The notes beneath the pieces were generated by a model. The model had not been told where the DNA came from. It made no database searches and was given only the letters and a program-made list of their open reading frames with translations. The translations under genes and the position numbers were made by a program. This document shows, piece after piece, positions 14,501-28,179 of a stretch of 64,000 bases of DNA. The DNA lies in NCBI GenBank assembly GCA_964016885.1, contig OZ024742.1:11036001-11100000 (forward strand). The letters run 5' to 3'. How positions within the stretch are numbered: position 1 is the stretch's first letter; every line of letters begins with the position of its first letter. This DNA comes from Eledone cirrhosa (Eukaryota).

Positions 14501-17500
14501 CTGTAGCTAATGTTGCTGTTGCCAATGTTGTTTTAGCTAATGTTGTTGTTGCTTATGTTGTTGTAGCTAATGTTGTTGTTGCTAATGTTGTTGTAGCTAA
14601 TGTTGTTGTTGCCAATTTTGTTTTAGATTATGTTGTTGTTGCTAATGTTGTTGTAGCTAATGTTGCTGTTGCCAATGTTGTTTTAGCTAATGTTGTTGTT
14701 GCTTCTGTTGTTGTTGCTAATGTTGTTTTTCCTAATGTTGTTGTAGCTAATGTTGTTGTTGCTTATGTTGTTGTAGCTAATGTTGTTTTTCCTAATGTTG
14801 TTTTAGCTAATGTTGTTGTTGCTTATGTTGTTGTTGCTAATGTTGTTTTTCCTAATGTTGTTTTAGCTAATGTTGTTGTTGCTTATGTTGTTGTAGCTAA
14901 TGTTGTTTTTCCTAATGTTGTTTTAGCTAATGTTGTTGTAGCTAATGTTGCTGTTGCCAATGTTGTTTTAGCTAATGTTGTTGTTGCTTCTGTTGTTGTT
15001 GCTAATGTTGTTGTTGCTAATGTTGTTGTAGCTAATGTTGTTTTTCCTAATGTTGTTGTTGCTAATGTTGTTGTTGCTAATGTTGTTGTAGCTAATGTTG
15101 TTTTTCCTAATGTTGTTTTAGCTAATGTTGTTGTTGCTTATGTTGTTGTTGCTAATGTTGTTGTTAATGTTGTTGTTGTTAATATTGTTGTAGTTAATGT
15201 TGTTGTAGCTAATGTTGTTGTAGCTAATGTTGCTGTTGCTAATGTTGTTGTTGTTAATGTTGTTGAAGTTAATGTTGTTGTAGTTAATGTTGTTGTAGCT
15301 AATGTTGTTGTAGCTAATGTTGTTGCTAATGTTGTTGTTGCTAATGTTGTTGTAGCTAATGTTGTTGCTGCTAATGTTGCTGTTGCTTATGTTGTTGTTG
15401 CTAATGTTGTTGTAGTTAATGTTGTTGTTGCTTATGTTGTTGTTGCTAATTTTGTTGTAGCTAATGTTGTTGTTGCCAATGTTGTTGTAGTTAATGTTGC
15501 TGTTGCTTATGTTGTTGTTGCTAATGTTGTTGTAGTTAATGTTGTTGTTGCTTATGTTGTTGTTGCTAATTTTGTTGTAGCTAATGTTGTTGTTGCTAAT
15601 GTTGTTGTAGCTAATGTTGTTGCTAATATTGTTGCTAATGTTGTTGTAGCTAATATTGTTGTTGCTAATGTTGTTGTAGCTAATATTGTTGTTGCTAATG
15701 TTGTTGTTGCCAATGTTGCTGCTAATGTTGTTGTTGCTAATGTTGTTGTAGCTAATGTTGTTGTTGCTAATGTTGTTGTAGCTAATGTTGTTGTTGCCAA
15801 TGTTGTTTTAGCTAATGTTGTTGTTGCTAATGTTGTTGTAGCTAATGTTGCTGTTGCCAATGTTGTTTTAGCTAATGTTGTTGTTGCTTGTGTTGTTGTT
15901 GCTAATGTTGTCGTTGCTAATGTTGTTGTAGATAATGTTGTTGTTGCTAATGTTGTTGTAGCTAATGTTGTTGTTGCCAATGTTGCTGTAGCTAATGTTG
16001 TTACTGCTAATGTTGTTGATGCTTATGTTGTTGTTGCTAATGTTGTTGTAGCTAATGTTGTTGTTGCTTATTTTGTTGTTGCTAATGTTGTTGTTGCTAA
16101 TGTTGTTGTAGCTAATGTTGTTGTAGCTAATGTTGCTGTAGCTAATGTTGTTATTGCTAATGTTGTTGTAGCTAATGTTGTTGTAGCTAATGTTGTTGTA
16201 GCAAATGTTGTTGCTAATGTTGTTGCTAATGTTGTTGTAGCTAATATTGTTGTTGCTAATGTTGTTGTAGCAAATATTGTTGTTGCTAATGTTGTTGTTG
16301 GCAAAGTTGTTGCTAATGTTGTTGTTGTTAAAGTTGTAGCTAATGTTGTTGTTGCTTATGTTGTTGTTGCTAATGATGTTGTTGCTAATGTTGTTGCTGC
16401 TTATGTTGTTGTTGCTAATGTTGTTGTAGCTAATGTTGTTGCTAATGTTGTTGTTGCTAATGTTGTTGTAGCTAATGTTGTTGTTGCTAATGTTGTTGTT
16501 GCTAATGTTGTTGTGGCTAATGTTGTTGTTGCTAATGTTGTTGTAGCTAATGTTGTTGTTGCCAATTTTGTTTTAGCTAATGTTGTTGTTGCTAATGTTG
16601 TTGTAGCTAATGTTGCTGTTGCCAATGTTGTTTTAGCTAATGTTGTTGTTGCTTCTGTTGTTGTTGCTAATGTTGTTGTTGCTAATGTTGTTGTAGCTAA
16701 TGTTGTTTTTCCTAATGTTGTTGTAGCTAATGTTGTTGTTGCCAAGGTTGATTTAGCTAATGTTGTTGTTGCTAATTTTGTTGTTGCTTATGTTGTTGTT
16801 GCTAATGTTGTTGTTAATGTTGTTGTTGTTAATATTGTTGTAGTTAATGTTGTTGTAGCTAATGTTGTTGTAGCTAATGTTGCTGTTGCTAATGTTGTTG
16901 TTGTTAATGTTGTTGTAGTTAATGTTGTTGTAGTTAATGTTGTTGTAGCTAATGTTGTTGTTGGTAATGTTGTTGTAGTTAATGTTGTTGTTGTTAATGT
17001 TGTTGTAGCTAATGTTGTTGTAGCTAATGTTGTTGTTGCTAATGGTGTTGTAGCTAATGTTGTTGTAGCTAATGTTGCTGTTGCCAATGTTGTGTTAGCT
17101 AATGTTGTTGTTGCTTATGTTGTTGTTGCTAATGTTGTTGTAGCTAATGTTGTTGTAGCTAATGTTGTTGTTGCTAATGTTGTTGTTGCTAATGTTGTTG
17201 TAGCTAATGTTGCTGTTGCCAATGTTGTGTTAGCTAATGTTGTTGTTGCTTATGTTGTTGTAGCTGATGTTGTTGTTGCTAATGTTGTTGTAGCTAATGT
17301 TGTTGTTGCCAATGTTGTTTTAGCTAATGTTGTTGTTGCTAATGTTGTTGTAGCTAATGTTGCTGTTGCCAATGTTGTTTTAGCTAATGTTGTTGTTGCT
17401 ACTGTTGTTGTTGCTAATGTTGTTGTTGCTAATGATGTTGTAGCTAATGTTGTTGTTCCTAATGTTGTTGTAGCTAATGTTGTTGTTGCCAATGTTGTTT

Positions 17501-20500
17501 TCGCTAATGTTGTTGTTGCTAATGTTGTTTTAGCTTATGTTGTTGTTGCTAATGTTGTTTTAGCTAATGTTATTGTTGCCAATGTTGTTGTAGCTAATGT
17601 TGTTGTAGCTAATGTTGTTGTTGCTAATGTTGTTTTAGCTAATGTTGTTGTTGCTAATGTTGTTGTTGCTTATGTTGTTGTAGCTAATGTTGTTGTTGCT
17701 AATGTTGCTTTAGCTATTGTTGTTGTTGCTAATGTTGTTGTTGCTAATGTTGTTGTTGCTAATGTTTTTGTTGCTAATGTTGTTGTTGCTAATGTTGTTG
17801 TTGCTAATGTTGTTGCTGCTAATGTTGCTCTAGCTAATGTTGTTGCTGCTAATGTTGTTGTTGCTTATGTTGTTGTTGCTAATGTTGTTGTAGCTAATGT
17901 TGTTTTTGCTTATGTTGTTGTTGTTGCTAATGTTGTTGTAGTTAATGTCGTTGTAGCTAATGTTGTTGTAGCTAATGTTGTTGTTGCTAATGTTGTTGTT
18001 GCTAATTTTGTTTTTGTTAATGTTGTTGTAGCTAATGTTGTTGCTGCTAATGTTGTTGTTGCTTATGTTGTTGTAGCTAATGTTGTTGTTGCTTATGTTG
18101 TTGTTGCTAATGTTGTTGTAGCTAATGTTGTTGTAGCTAATGTTGCTGTAGCTAATGTTGTTGCTGCTAATGTTGTTGTTGCTAATGTTGTTGTAGTTAA
18201 TGTTGTTGTAGCTAATGTTGTTGTTGCTAATGTTGTTGTAGGTAATGTTGTTGCTAATATTGTTGCTAATGTTGTTGTAGTTAATATTGTTGTTGCTAAT
18301 GTTGTTGTAGTTAATATTGTTGTTGCTAATGTTGTTGTTGCCAATGTTGTTGCTAATGTTGTTGTTGCTAATGTTGTTTTAGCTAATGTTGTTGTTGCTA
18401 ATGTTGTTGTAGCTAATGTTGCTGTTGCCAATGTTGTTTCAGCTAATGTTGTTGTTGCTTATGTTGTTGTTGCTAATGTTGTTGTTGCTAATGTTGTTGT
18501 TGCTAATGTTGTATTAGCTAATGTTGTTGTTGCTAATGTTGCTGTAGCTAATGTTGCTGTTGCCAATGTTGTTTTAGCTAATGTTGTTGTTGCTTATGTT
18601 GTTGTAGCTAATGTTGTTGTTGCTAATGTTGTTGTAGCTAATGTTGCTGTTGCCAATGTTGTTTTAGCTAATGTTGTTGTTGCTTCTGTTGTTGTTGCTA
18701 ATGTTGTTGTTGCTAATGTTGTTGTAGCTAATGTTGTTTTTCCTAATGTTGTTGTAGCTAATGTTGTTGTTGCCAATGTTGTTTTAGCTAATGTTGTTGT
18801 TGCTAATGTTGTTGTTGCTTATGTTGTTGTTGCTAATGTTGTTGTTAATGTTGTTGTTGTTAATATTGTTGTAGTTAATGTTGTTGTAGCTAATGTTGTT
18901 GTAGCTAATGTTGCTGTTGCTAATGTTGTTGTAGTTAATGTTGTTGTAGCTAATGTTGTTGTTGGTAATGTTGTTGTAGTTAATGTTGTTGTTGTTAATG
19001 TTGTTGTAGCTAATGTTGTTGTAGCTAATGTTGTTGCTAATGTTGTTGTTGCTAATGTTGTTGTAGCTAATGTTGTTGCTGCTAATGTTGCTGTTGCTTA
19101 TGTTGTTGTTGCTAATGTTGTTGTAGTTAATGTTGTTGTTGCTTATGTTGTTGTTGCTAATTTTGTTGTAGCTAATGTTGTTGTTGCTAATGTTGTTGTA
19201 GCTAATGTTGTTGCTAATATTGTTGCTAATGTTGTTGTAGCTAATATTGTTGTTGCTAATGTTGTTGTAGCTAATATTGTTGTTGCTAATGTTGTTGTTG
19301 CCAATGTTGTTGCTAATGTTGTTGTTGCTAATGTTGTTGTAGCTAATGTTGTTGTTGCTAATGTTGTTGTAGCTAATGTTGTTGTTGCCAATGTTGTTTT
19401 AGCTAATGTTGTTGTTGCTAATGTTGTTGTAGCTAATGTTGCTGTTGCCAATGTTGTTTTAGCTAATGTTGTTGTTGCTTGTGTTGTTGTTGCTAATGTT
19501 GCTGTTGCCAATGTTGTTTTAGCTAATGTTGTTGTTGCTTGTGTTGTTGTAGCTAATGTTGTTGTTGCTAATGTTGTTGTAGCTAATGTTGTTGTTGCCA
19601 ATGTTGCTGTAGCTAATGTTGTTGTTGCTTATTTTGTTGTTGCTAATGTTGTTGTTGCTAATGTTGTTGTAGCTAATGTTGTTGTAGCTAATGTTGCTGT
19701 AGCTAATGTTGTTGCTGCTAATGTTGTTGTTGCTTATGTTGTTATTGCTAATGTTGTTGTAGCTAATGTTGTTGTAGCTAATGTTGTTGTAGCAAATGTT
19801 GTTGCTAATGTTGTTGCTAATGTTGTTGTAGCTAATATTGTTGTTGCTAATGTTGTTGTAGCAAATATTGTTGTTGCTAATGTTGTTGTTGGCAAAGTTG
19901 TTGCTAATGTTGTTGTTGTTAATGTTGTAGCTAATGTTGTTGTTGCTTATGTTGTTGTTGCTAATGATGTTGTTGCTAATGTTGTTGCTGCTTATGTTGT
20001 TGTTGCTAATGTTGTTGTAGCTAATGTTGTTGCTAATGTTGTTGTTGCTAATGTTGTTGTAGCTAATGTTGTTGTTGCTAATGTTGTTGTTGCTAATGTT
20101 GTTGTGGCTAATGTTGTTGTAGCTAATGTTGTTGTACCTAATGTTGTAGCTAATGTTGTTGCTAATGTTGTTGCTAATGTTGTTGGTAATGTTGTTGTTG
20201 CTAATGTTGTTGTAGGTAATGTTGTTGTAGCTAATGTTGTTGTAGCTAATGTTGTCGTTGCAAATGTTGTTGCTAACGTTGTTGCTAATGTTGTTGGTAT
20301 GTTGTTAGTAATGTTGTTGTTGCTAATGTTGTTGTTGTTAATGCTGTTGTAGTTAATGTTGTTGTAGTTAATGTTGTTGTAGCTAATGTTGTTGTTGTTA
20401 ATGTTGTTGTAGTTAATGTTGTTATAGTTAATGTTGTTGTAGCTAAGGTTGTTGTAGCTAATGTTGTTGTTGCTAATGTTGTTGTTGCTAATGTTGTTGT

Positions 20501-20629
20501 TGTTAATGTTGTTGTTGTTAATGTTGTTGTAGCTAATGTTGTTGCTGCTAATGGTGTTGTTGCTTATGTTGTTGTTGCTAATGTTGTTGTAGCTAATGTT
20601 GTTGTAGCTAATGTTGTTGTAGCTAATGT

Positions 20630-23600
20630 TGTTGCTAATGTTGTTGTAGCTAATGTTGTTGTTGCTAATGTTGTTGCTAATGTTGTTGTAGCTAATGTTG
20701 TTGTAGCTAATATTGTTGTTGTTAATGTTGTTGTAGCTAATGTTGTTGTTGCTTATGTTGTTGTTGCTAATGCTGTTGTTTCTAACGTTGTTGTTGCTTA
20801 TGTTGTTGTTTCTAATTTTGTTGTAGCTAATGTTGTTGTTGCTAATGTTTTTGTTGCTAATGTTGTTGTAGCTAATGTTGTTGTTGCTAATGTTGTTGTT
20901 GATAATGTTGTTGTAGCTAATGTTGTTGTTAATGTTGTTGTTGTTAATGTTGTTGTTGCTAATGTTGTTGTTGTTAATGTTGTTGTAGTTAATGTTGTTT
21001 TTTATAATGTTGTTGTTGCTAATATTGTTGTTAATGTTGTTGTTGCTAATGTTGTTGTTGATAATGTTGTTGTAGCTAATGTTGCTGTAGCTAATGTTGT
21101 TGCTGCTAATGTTGTTGTTGCTTATGTTGTGTTGCTAATGTTGTTGTAGCTAATGTTGTTGTTGCTTATTTTGTTGTTGCTAATGTTGTTGTTGCTAATG
21201 TTGTTGTAGCTAATGTTGTTGTAGCTAATTTTGCTGTAGCTAATGTTGTTGCTGCTAATGTTGTTGTTGCTTATGTTGTTGTTGCTAATGTTGTTGTAGC
21301 TAATGTTGTTGTAGCTAATGTTGTTGTTGCTAATGTTGTTGTAGCTAATGTTGTTGCTAATGTTGTTGCTAATGTTGTTGTAGCTAATATTGTTGTTGCT
21401 AATGTTGTTGTAGCTAATATTGTTGTTGCTAATGTTGTTGTTGCTAATGTTGTTGTTGTTAATGTTGTTGTAACTAATGTTGTTGTTGCTTATGTTGTTG
21501 TTGCTAATGATGTTGTTGCTAATGTTGTTGTTGCTTATGTTGTTGTTGCTAATGTTGTTGTAGCTAATGTTGTTGTTGCTAATGTTGTTGTTGCTAATGT
21601 TGTTGTTGTTAATGTTGTTGTTGCTAATGTTGTTGTGGCTAATGTTGTTGTAGGTAATATTGTAGCTAATGTTGTTGTTGCTAATGTTGTTGCTAATGTT
21701 GTTGCTAATGTTGTTGGTAATGTTGTTGCTAATGTTGTTGTAGGTAATGTTGTTGTAGCTAATGTTGTTGTAGCTAATGTTGTCGTTGCAAATGTTGTTG
21801 CTAACGTTGTTGTAGCTAATGTTGTTGCTAATGTTGTTGTAGGTAATGTTGTTGTAGCTAATGTTGTTGCTGATGTTGTTGCTAATGTTGTTGGTATGTT
21901 GTTGGTAATGTTGTTGTTGCTAATGTTGTTGTTGTTAATGTTGTTGTTGTTAATGTTGTTGTAGTTAATGTTGTTGCAGTTAATGTTGTTATAGTTAATG
22001 TTGTTGTAGCTAATGTTGTTGTCGTTAATGTTGTTGTAGTTAATGCTGTTGTATCTAATGTTGTTTTAGCTAATGTTGTTGTTGCTAATGTTGTTGTTGT
22101 TAATTTTGTTGTAGCTAATGTTGTTGTAGCTAATGTTGTTGTAGCTAATGTTGCTGTAGCTAATGTTGTTGCTGTTAATGTTGTTGCTTATGTTGTTGTT
22201 GCTAATGTTGTTGTAGCTAATATACTTGTTGCTAATGTTGTTGTAGCTAATATTGTTGTTGCTAATGTTGTTGTTGCCAATGTTGTTGCTAATGTTGTTG
22301 TTGTTAATGTTGTTGTAGCTAATGTTGTTCTTGCTTATGTTGTTGTTGCTAATGATGTTGTTGCTAATGTTGTTGTTGCTAATGTTGTTGTTGCTAATGT
22401 TGTTGTTGTTAATGTTGTTGTTGCTAATGTTGTTGTTGCTAATGTTGTTGCTAATGTTGTTGTAGCTAATGTTGTTGTTGCTAATGTTGTTGCTAATGTT
22501 GTTGTAGCTAATGTTTTTGTAGCTAATATTGTTGTTGTTAATGTTGTTGTAGCTAATGTTGTTGTTGCTTATGTTGTTGTTGCTAATGCTGTTGTTTCTA
22601 ACGTTGTTGTTGCTTATGTTGTTGTTTCTAATTTTGTTGTAGCTAATGTTGTTGTTGCTAATGTTTTTGTTGCTAATGTTGTTGTAGCTAATGTTGTTGT
22701 TGCTAATGTTGTTGTTGATAATGTTGTTGTAGCTAATGTTGTTGTTAATGTTGTTGTTGTTAATGTTGTTGTTGCTAATGTTGTTGTTGTTAATGTTGTT
22801 GTAGTTAATGTTGTTTTTTATAATGTTGTTGTTGCTAATATTGTTGTTAATGTTGTTGTTGCTAATGTTGTTGTTGCTTATTTTGTTGTTGCTAATGTTG
22901 TTGTTGCTAATGTTGTTGTAGCTAATGTTGTTGTAGCTAATTTTGCTGTAGCTAATGTTGTTGCTGCTAATGTTGTTGTTGCTTATGTTGTTGTTGCTAA
23001 TGTTGTTGTAGCTAATGTTGTTGTAGCTAATGTTGTTGTTGCTAATGTTGTTGTAGCTAATGTTGTTGCTAATGTTGTTGCTAATGTTGTTGTAGCTAAT
23101 ATTGTTGTTGCTAATGTTGTTGTAGCTTATATTGTTGTTGCTAATGTTGTTGTTGCTAATGTTGTTGTTGTTAATGTTGTTGTAGCTAATGTTGTTGTTG
23201 CTTATGTTGTTGTTGCTAATGATGTTGTTGCTAATGTTGTTGTTGCTTATGTTGTTGTTGCTAATGTTGTTGTAGCTAATGTTGTTGTTGCTAATGTTGT
23301 TGTTGCTAATGTTGTTGTTGTTAATGTTGTTGTTGCTAATGTTGTTGTGGCTAATGTTGTTGTAGGTAATGTTGTAGCTAATTTTGTTGTTGCTAATGTT
23401 GTTGCTAATGTTGTTGCTAATGTTGTTGGTAATGTTGTTGCTAATGTTGTTGTAGGTAATGTTGTTGTAGCTAATGTTGTTGTAGCTAATGTTGTCGTTG
23501 CAAATGTTGTTGCTAACGTTGTTGTAGCTAATGTTGTTGCTAATGTTGTTGTAGGTAATGTTGTTGTAGCTAATGTTGTTGCTGATGTTGTTGCTAATGT

Positions 23601-24130
23601 TGTTGGTATGTTGTTGGCAATGTTGTTGTTGCTAATGTTGTTGTTGTTAATGTTGTTGTTGTTAATGTTGTTGTAGTTAATGTTGTTGCAGTTAATGTTG
23701 TTATAGTTAATGTTGTTGTAGCTAATGTTGTTGTCGTTAATGTTGTTGTAGTTAATGCTGTTGTATCTAATGTTGTTTTAGCTAATGTTGTTGTTGCTAA
23801 TGTTGTTGTTGTTAATTTTGTTGTAGCTAATGTTGTTGTAGCTAATGTTGTTGTAGCTAATGTTGCTGTAGCTAATGTTGTTGCTGTTAATGTTGTTGCT
23901 TATGTTGTTGTTGCTAGTGTTGTTGTAGCTAATATTGTTGTTGCTAATGTTGTTGTAGCTAATATTGTTGTTGCTAATGTTGTTGTTGCCAATGTTGTTG
24001 CTAATGTTGTTGTTGTTAATGTTGTTGTAGCTATTGTTGTTCTTGCTTATGTTGTTGTTGCTAATGATGTTGTTGCTAATGTTGTTGTTGCTAATGTTGT
24101 TGTTGCTAATGTTGTTGTTGTTAATGTTGT
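20630..24130. repeat. Second higher-order duplication in the satellite (~1.7-1.8 kb unit), edges approximate
   Basis: Near-identical ORFs 21635..21964 and 23347..23676 (offset 1712); shared rare variants GCAGTT, GTATCT, TCTAACG. Confidence 0.85.
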
Positions 24131-24974
24131 TGTGGCTAATGTTGTTGTAGCTAATGTTGTTGTTGGTAATGTTGTTGTTGCTAATGTTGTTGTAGGTAAT
24201 GTTGTTGTAGCTAATGTTGTTGTAGCTAATGTTGTTTTTGCAAGTGTTGTTGCTAACGTTGTTGTAGCTAATGTTGTTGCTAATGTTGTTGTAGCTAATG
24301 TTGTTGCTAATGTTGTTGCTAATGTTGTTGGTAATGTTGTTGTTGCTAATGTTGTTGTAGGTAATGTTGTTGTAGCTAATGTTGTTGTTGCTAATGTTGT
24401 CGTAGGTAATGTTGTTGTAGCTAATTATGTTGTTGCTAATGTTGTAGCTAATGTTGTTTCTGCTAATGTTGTTGTTGATAATGTTGTTGTTGTGTTGTTG
24501 TTGGTGGTCGTCTTTGTGGTGATGTTTTTTCTTTTATAGTCTCAGGTCAACTCTGACATTCCAGCCGTGCCCACCTCGCTGTTTTTCTTCGATTCCCTTT
24601 GTTTGTATTGTAGAGACGAGGTAACCAATGTGACCAATTCATGTTAAACCTTGTTTTAAGGTATTGGTCTGGTGTGATTTGAGCTGCTATTAATGAGAGG
24701 TCGAGACTCCTTCGTTGGGTTGTGTGTGATAATGATTTGTGGATATTGTTGTTGTTGATGTTGTTGTTTTGAGGCGATAGATTTCAATGGACGTCAGACA
24801 GAATAATGATATGGAAATGGCCTTTCACGAGGGAATATACATTTTTATTTCGTCTAATTTTATAATCAACCATTTTGTAAGCAATAGCGTCGTTAGTTAG
24901 AGATTCCCTGTGGAATAACCATTGATTCGATGTAGTTTCAATGGCGAGAGTTACAGGAAAGTATTTGGGTAATT

Positions 24975-25016
<42 letters not shown>

Positions 25017-25047
25017 ATATATGTATATGTATATATATATATGTATA

Positions 25048-25119
<72 letters not shown>

Positions 25120-25142
25120 TAAATATATATATATGTATATAC

Positions 25143-25181
<39 letters not shown>

Positions 25182-25184
25182 TAA

Positions 25185-25245
<61 letters not shown>

Positions 25246-25248
<3 letters not shown>

Positions 25249-25330
25249 CGAAGGAAATGTGGTAAGGAACCAGATGGACCATAACGCACCAAAGTACTCA
25301 ATACTTAGGGTAGTAGAGTGGGTAATAGGA
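25246..25330 (-). mobile_element. Fragment of PLE-derived family A (3' tail of pLTR)
   Basis: AACGAAGG..GTGGTAAGGAACCAGATGGACCATAACGCACC..GTACTCAATACTTAGGGTAGTAGAGTGGGTAATAGGA also occurs at 29087, 47713, 49727, 60220 and inverted at 27230. Confidence 0.8.
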
Positions 25331-25700
25331 ACAACAACATTAGCTACAACAACATTAGCAACAACAACATTAACTACAACATTAGCTACAACAACATTAG
25401 CAACAACAACATTAGCAACAACAACACTAGCTACAACATTAGCAACAACAACATTAGCTACAACATTAGAAATAACAACAAACATTAGCCATAACAACAA
25501 CAACACTAGCAATTACAACAACAATATTAACAACATCGGCAATAACAACAACAACATTAACAGCAAAACAACATTACCGTTAACAACAACAACAGCAATA
25601 ACAACACTAGCAATTACAACAACAATATTAACAACATCGGCAATAACAGCAACAACAACAGCAATAACAATGACAGCAAAACAAATCACCAGAAACAAAA
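25331..25700 (-). repeat. Short inverted copy of the 15-bp satellite decaying into (AAC)n-like sequence
   Basis: ACAACAACATTAGCT units are the reverse complement of the main array. Confidence 0.9.
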
Positions 25701-25739
25701 CACTAATTACAATTCCAAGAAACAGACAGCACAATAATA

Positions 25740-25831
25740 ATAATAGTAGTAGTAGTAATAGTAGTAGTAGTAGTAGTAGCAGCAGTAGTAGTAGTAGTAG
25801 TTGTAGTAGTAGTAGTTGTAGTTGTAGTAGT

Positions 25832-25891
<60 letters not shown>

Positions 25892-25924
25892 TATAGTAGT
25901 AGTAGTAGTAGTAGTAGCAGCTGC

Positions 25925-25963
<39 letters not shown>
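25740..25963. repeat. (AGT)n/(AGC)n microsatellite
   Basis: Direct reading. Confidence 0.95.
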
Positions 25964-25964
<1 letters not shown>

Positions 25965-26099
25965 ACAATGATAAATAAATAAATAAATAAAACGGAGAAT
26001 GAACGGGAAATAAAAAATATGACAACAGAAATGAAATAAAAATAAAATAAAGTTGTAGACTTGCCTTGGATATTTTAGTTGTTATTTCTTATAATGATA

Positions 26100-26271
26100 G
26101 CCATTGCAGTGTCGCTAGAGGGTCGGACGCCATGCTTTGCAGCAAAGAGTTACGGCCCTTTATGATCTGAGTTCAAATCCAGCCGAGGTTAACTTACGGG
26201 GTCGATAAAATAAAGTACCAGTAGTACACTGAGATAATTGCTGGCCTTTTGTCAAAAAGTAGAAACAATTA
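26100..26271 (+). mobile_element. tRNA-derived SINE (octopus-type), internally deleted
   Basis: B-box-like GAGTTCAAATCC, then GGGGTCGATAAAATAAAGTACCAG..TTGCTGGCCTT..AGTAGAAACAATTA shared with ~9 other copies. Confidence 0.8.
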
Positions 26272-26769
26272 TTATGGTGCTCTTTGATTCTTTCACTAGG
26301 ACTGTTTACTGAGGGAGAGAAGGGTATCCAAGAAAATGTAGAATGTAAACTTAAATTTGAAACCTGGCTTGTATTCTTACAATAGAGTCTGCTAAAGATA
26401 CCTAACAGTCTACCATGCAAGTTGACCACAGCACAATTTGAATTCAGAACACAGGGAACGTGAACACATTCTGTATATTTGGTTATTACACAAGCTTGGT
26501 GGACTAAAAAGAAGCTTAGTAGCCAGTATTGTGTGGTGTTGAATATTTTGTTTATCTATAGTTAGTGAAGGATGTAATCAAATGGTATACTGATAAGGAT
26601 GGTATTATAACTAAACTCTCAGAAAAGCCTCGTAGGTCATGAATATAGAACGTGTATTATTGAGTTGTTGAGTAATACCTAGTCATTGTTATGAATTAAA
26701 ATTCACTGTATTCACCTTATTCTTTCTCTCTCTTTCCTTTCCACTACTTCTTGGCAGCACATTCTATTA

Positions 26770-26900
26770 TAGCCATGGCTAGGTGGTTAAAGAGTTCGCC
26801 ACGTAACCATATCTTGGACAAGAGTTTTCTACTATAGCTCCAGGCTGGTAAATACCTTTAAGTGGTATTTGGTAGGCGGAAACTGAAGAAACCCGTCGAA
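26770..26900 (+). mobile_element. Degenerate SINE of a second family
   Basis: A-box-like TGGCTAGGTGGTTAA and TTCTACTATAGC..TTGGTAGGCGGAAACTGAAGAAACCCGTCG resemble cephalopod SINE bodies (recalled, not searched). Confidence 0.5.
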
Positions 26901-27118
26901 TCCTTTCCTTCAAAAGGCATCCGATTTTTGTTTTGTTATTGTCGCACCTTACCAACAGAGCGATTATTAATCTATTGCACAAACTGGCATAGCAAGTTCA
27001 ATGCCATATTAGGGTGCAAAACTTCTGATTACCAACGTGGCTGATGAGGTAGAGGTGCAGATGGCTAGTCGTCTTACAAAACTGTGTGAATTTTCTGCTG
27101 ATACTATATATATATATA

Positions 27119-27309
27119 TAGGAAAAGAGTCAGGACCCCGACAGCAGAGCTCAAGCCGTTTCGACGCCTATTTGTGGACTCAGTCCAGAAAACGGCTTGA
27201 GTTCTGCCGTCGGGGTCCTGACTCTTGTCCTATTACTCACTATACTACCCAAAGTATCGAGTACTCTGATGCGTTATGGTCCACCTGGTTCCTAACCACA
27301 CTTCCTTCG

Positions 27310-27312
<3 letters not shown>
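27119..27312 (+). mobile_element. Family A fold-back non-autonomous PLE derivative
   Basis: Inverted repeat of the HHR 3' half (GAAA..CGGCTTGAGTTCTGCCGTCGGGGTC) followed by the pLTR tail; flanked by (TA)n. Confidence 0.8.
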
Positions 27313-27366
<54 letters not shown>

Positions 27367-27540
27367 CATAAACGGAGAAAGCTAATAGCGATACTCCGGC
27401 CAAATCCCAACTCACTCAACAAACATTAGGAAATAAGTGAGTATATTCCTAATTAAACGTTCGGGGTGCTAACTGTATTGTATTGTGTGGAGAATTGGCT
27501 GTATCATTTCATATGAGATATATCAAATATATATATATAT

Positions 27541-27542
27541 AT

Positions 27543-27584
<42 letters not shown>

Positions 27585-27765
27585 GACAACGAAGACGACG
27601 ACGACTACTATTACTGCTACTACTACTAATATTACTACTACTACTATAGTACTACTACAACTACTACTACTACTATTACTACTACTACTTCAACTACTAC
27701 TACTACTATTACTACTACTACTATTACTACTACAACTACTACTACTACTACTACTACTAGTACGT

Positions 27766-27820
<55 letters not shown>
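27541..27820. repeat. (ACT)n microsatellite
   Basis: Direct reading. Confidence 0.95.
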
Positions 27821-28179
27821 GTTATCTCCTTCTGATGTAGCGAATAGTTGTTACAAAGATCTCTGACATATATACAATACCTCTAATATCTGCTATTGGT
27901 TTTCTATAATAATATTTTCAAGCAATGTCCACCTGACTGGTTGGTTCGTCATGCTACAATAATTATATTCTACGTATGTTTGTGGTTGTCCTTCTTCCAT
28001 GGAAAATCGTCTCAGAAACTATATGAGAAGATCAGGGCTCCCAGAGCTAGTAAGACGTGGAAGAAGGTTGAGACAACACCTCACGCAGAACTACGCTGAA
28101 GAGGCTGTCTTCGGAGATGACCTGTCTGGGAAATATACTACTACAAGAATTAACAGTAACAATACAAACCAATATATCT

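Larger units (their letters stand above)
1..24490. repeat. 15-bp satellite array, consensus GCTAATGTTGTTGTT (variants GTA, GCC, TAT, TTA; 12/18-bp units); runs off the left edge
   Basis: Continuous tandem repeat visible in the sequence; the ANVVV/TTTLA/MLLLL ORFs are its reading frames. Confidence 0.98.

Noticed and set aside
1-24490. CRISPR array or telomere
   Set aside because: No unique spacers or cas genes, and the unit is not TTAGGG-like
1061-24539. ANVVV / TTTLA / MLLLL ORFs as pentapeptide-repeat, mucin or antifreeze genes
   Set aside because: They are frames of a 15-bp satellite, with recurrent frameshifts and stops and no unique N- or C-terminal domain
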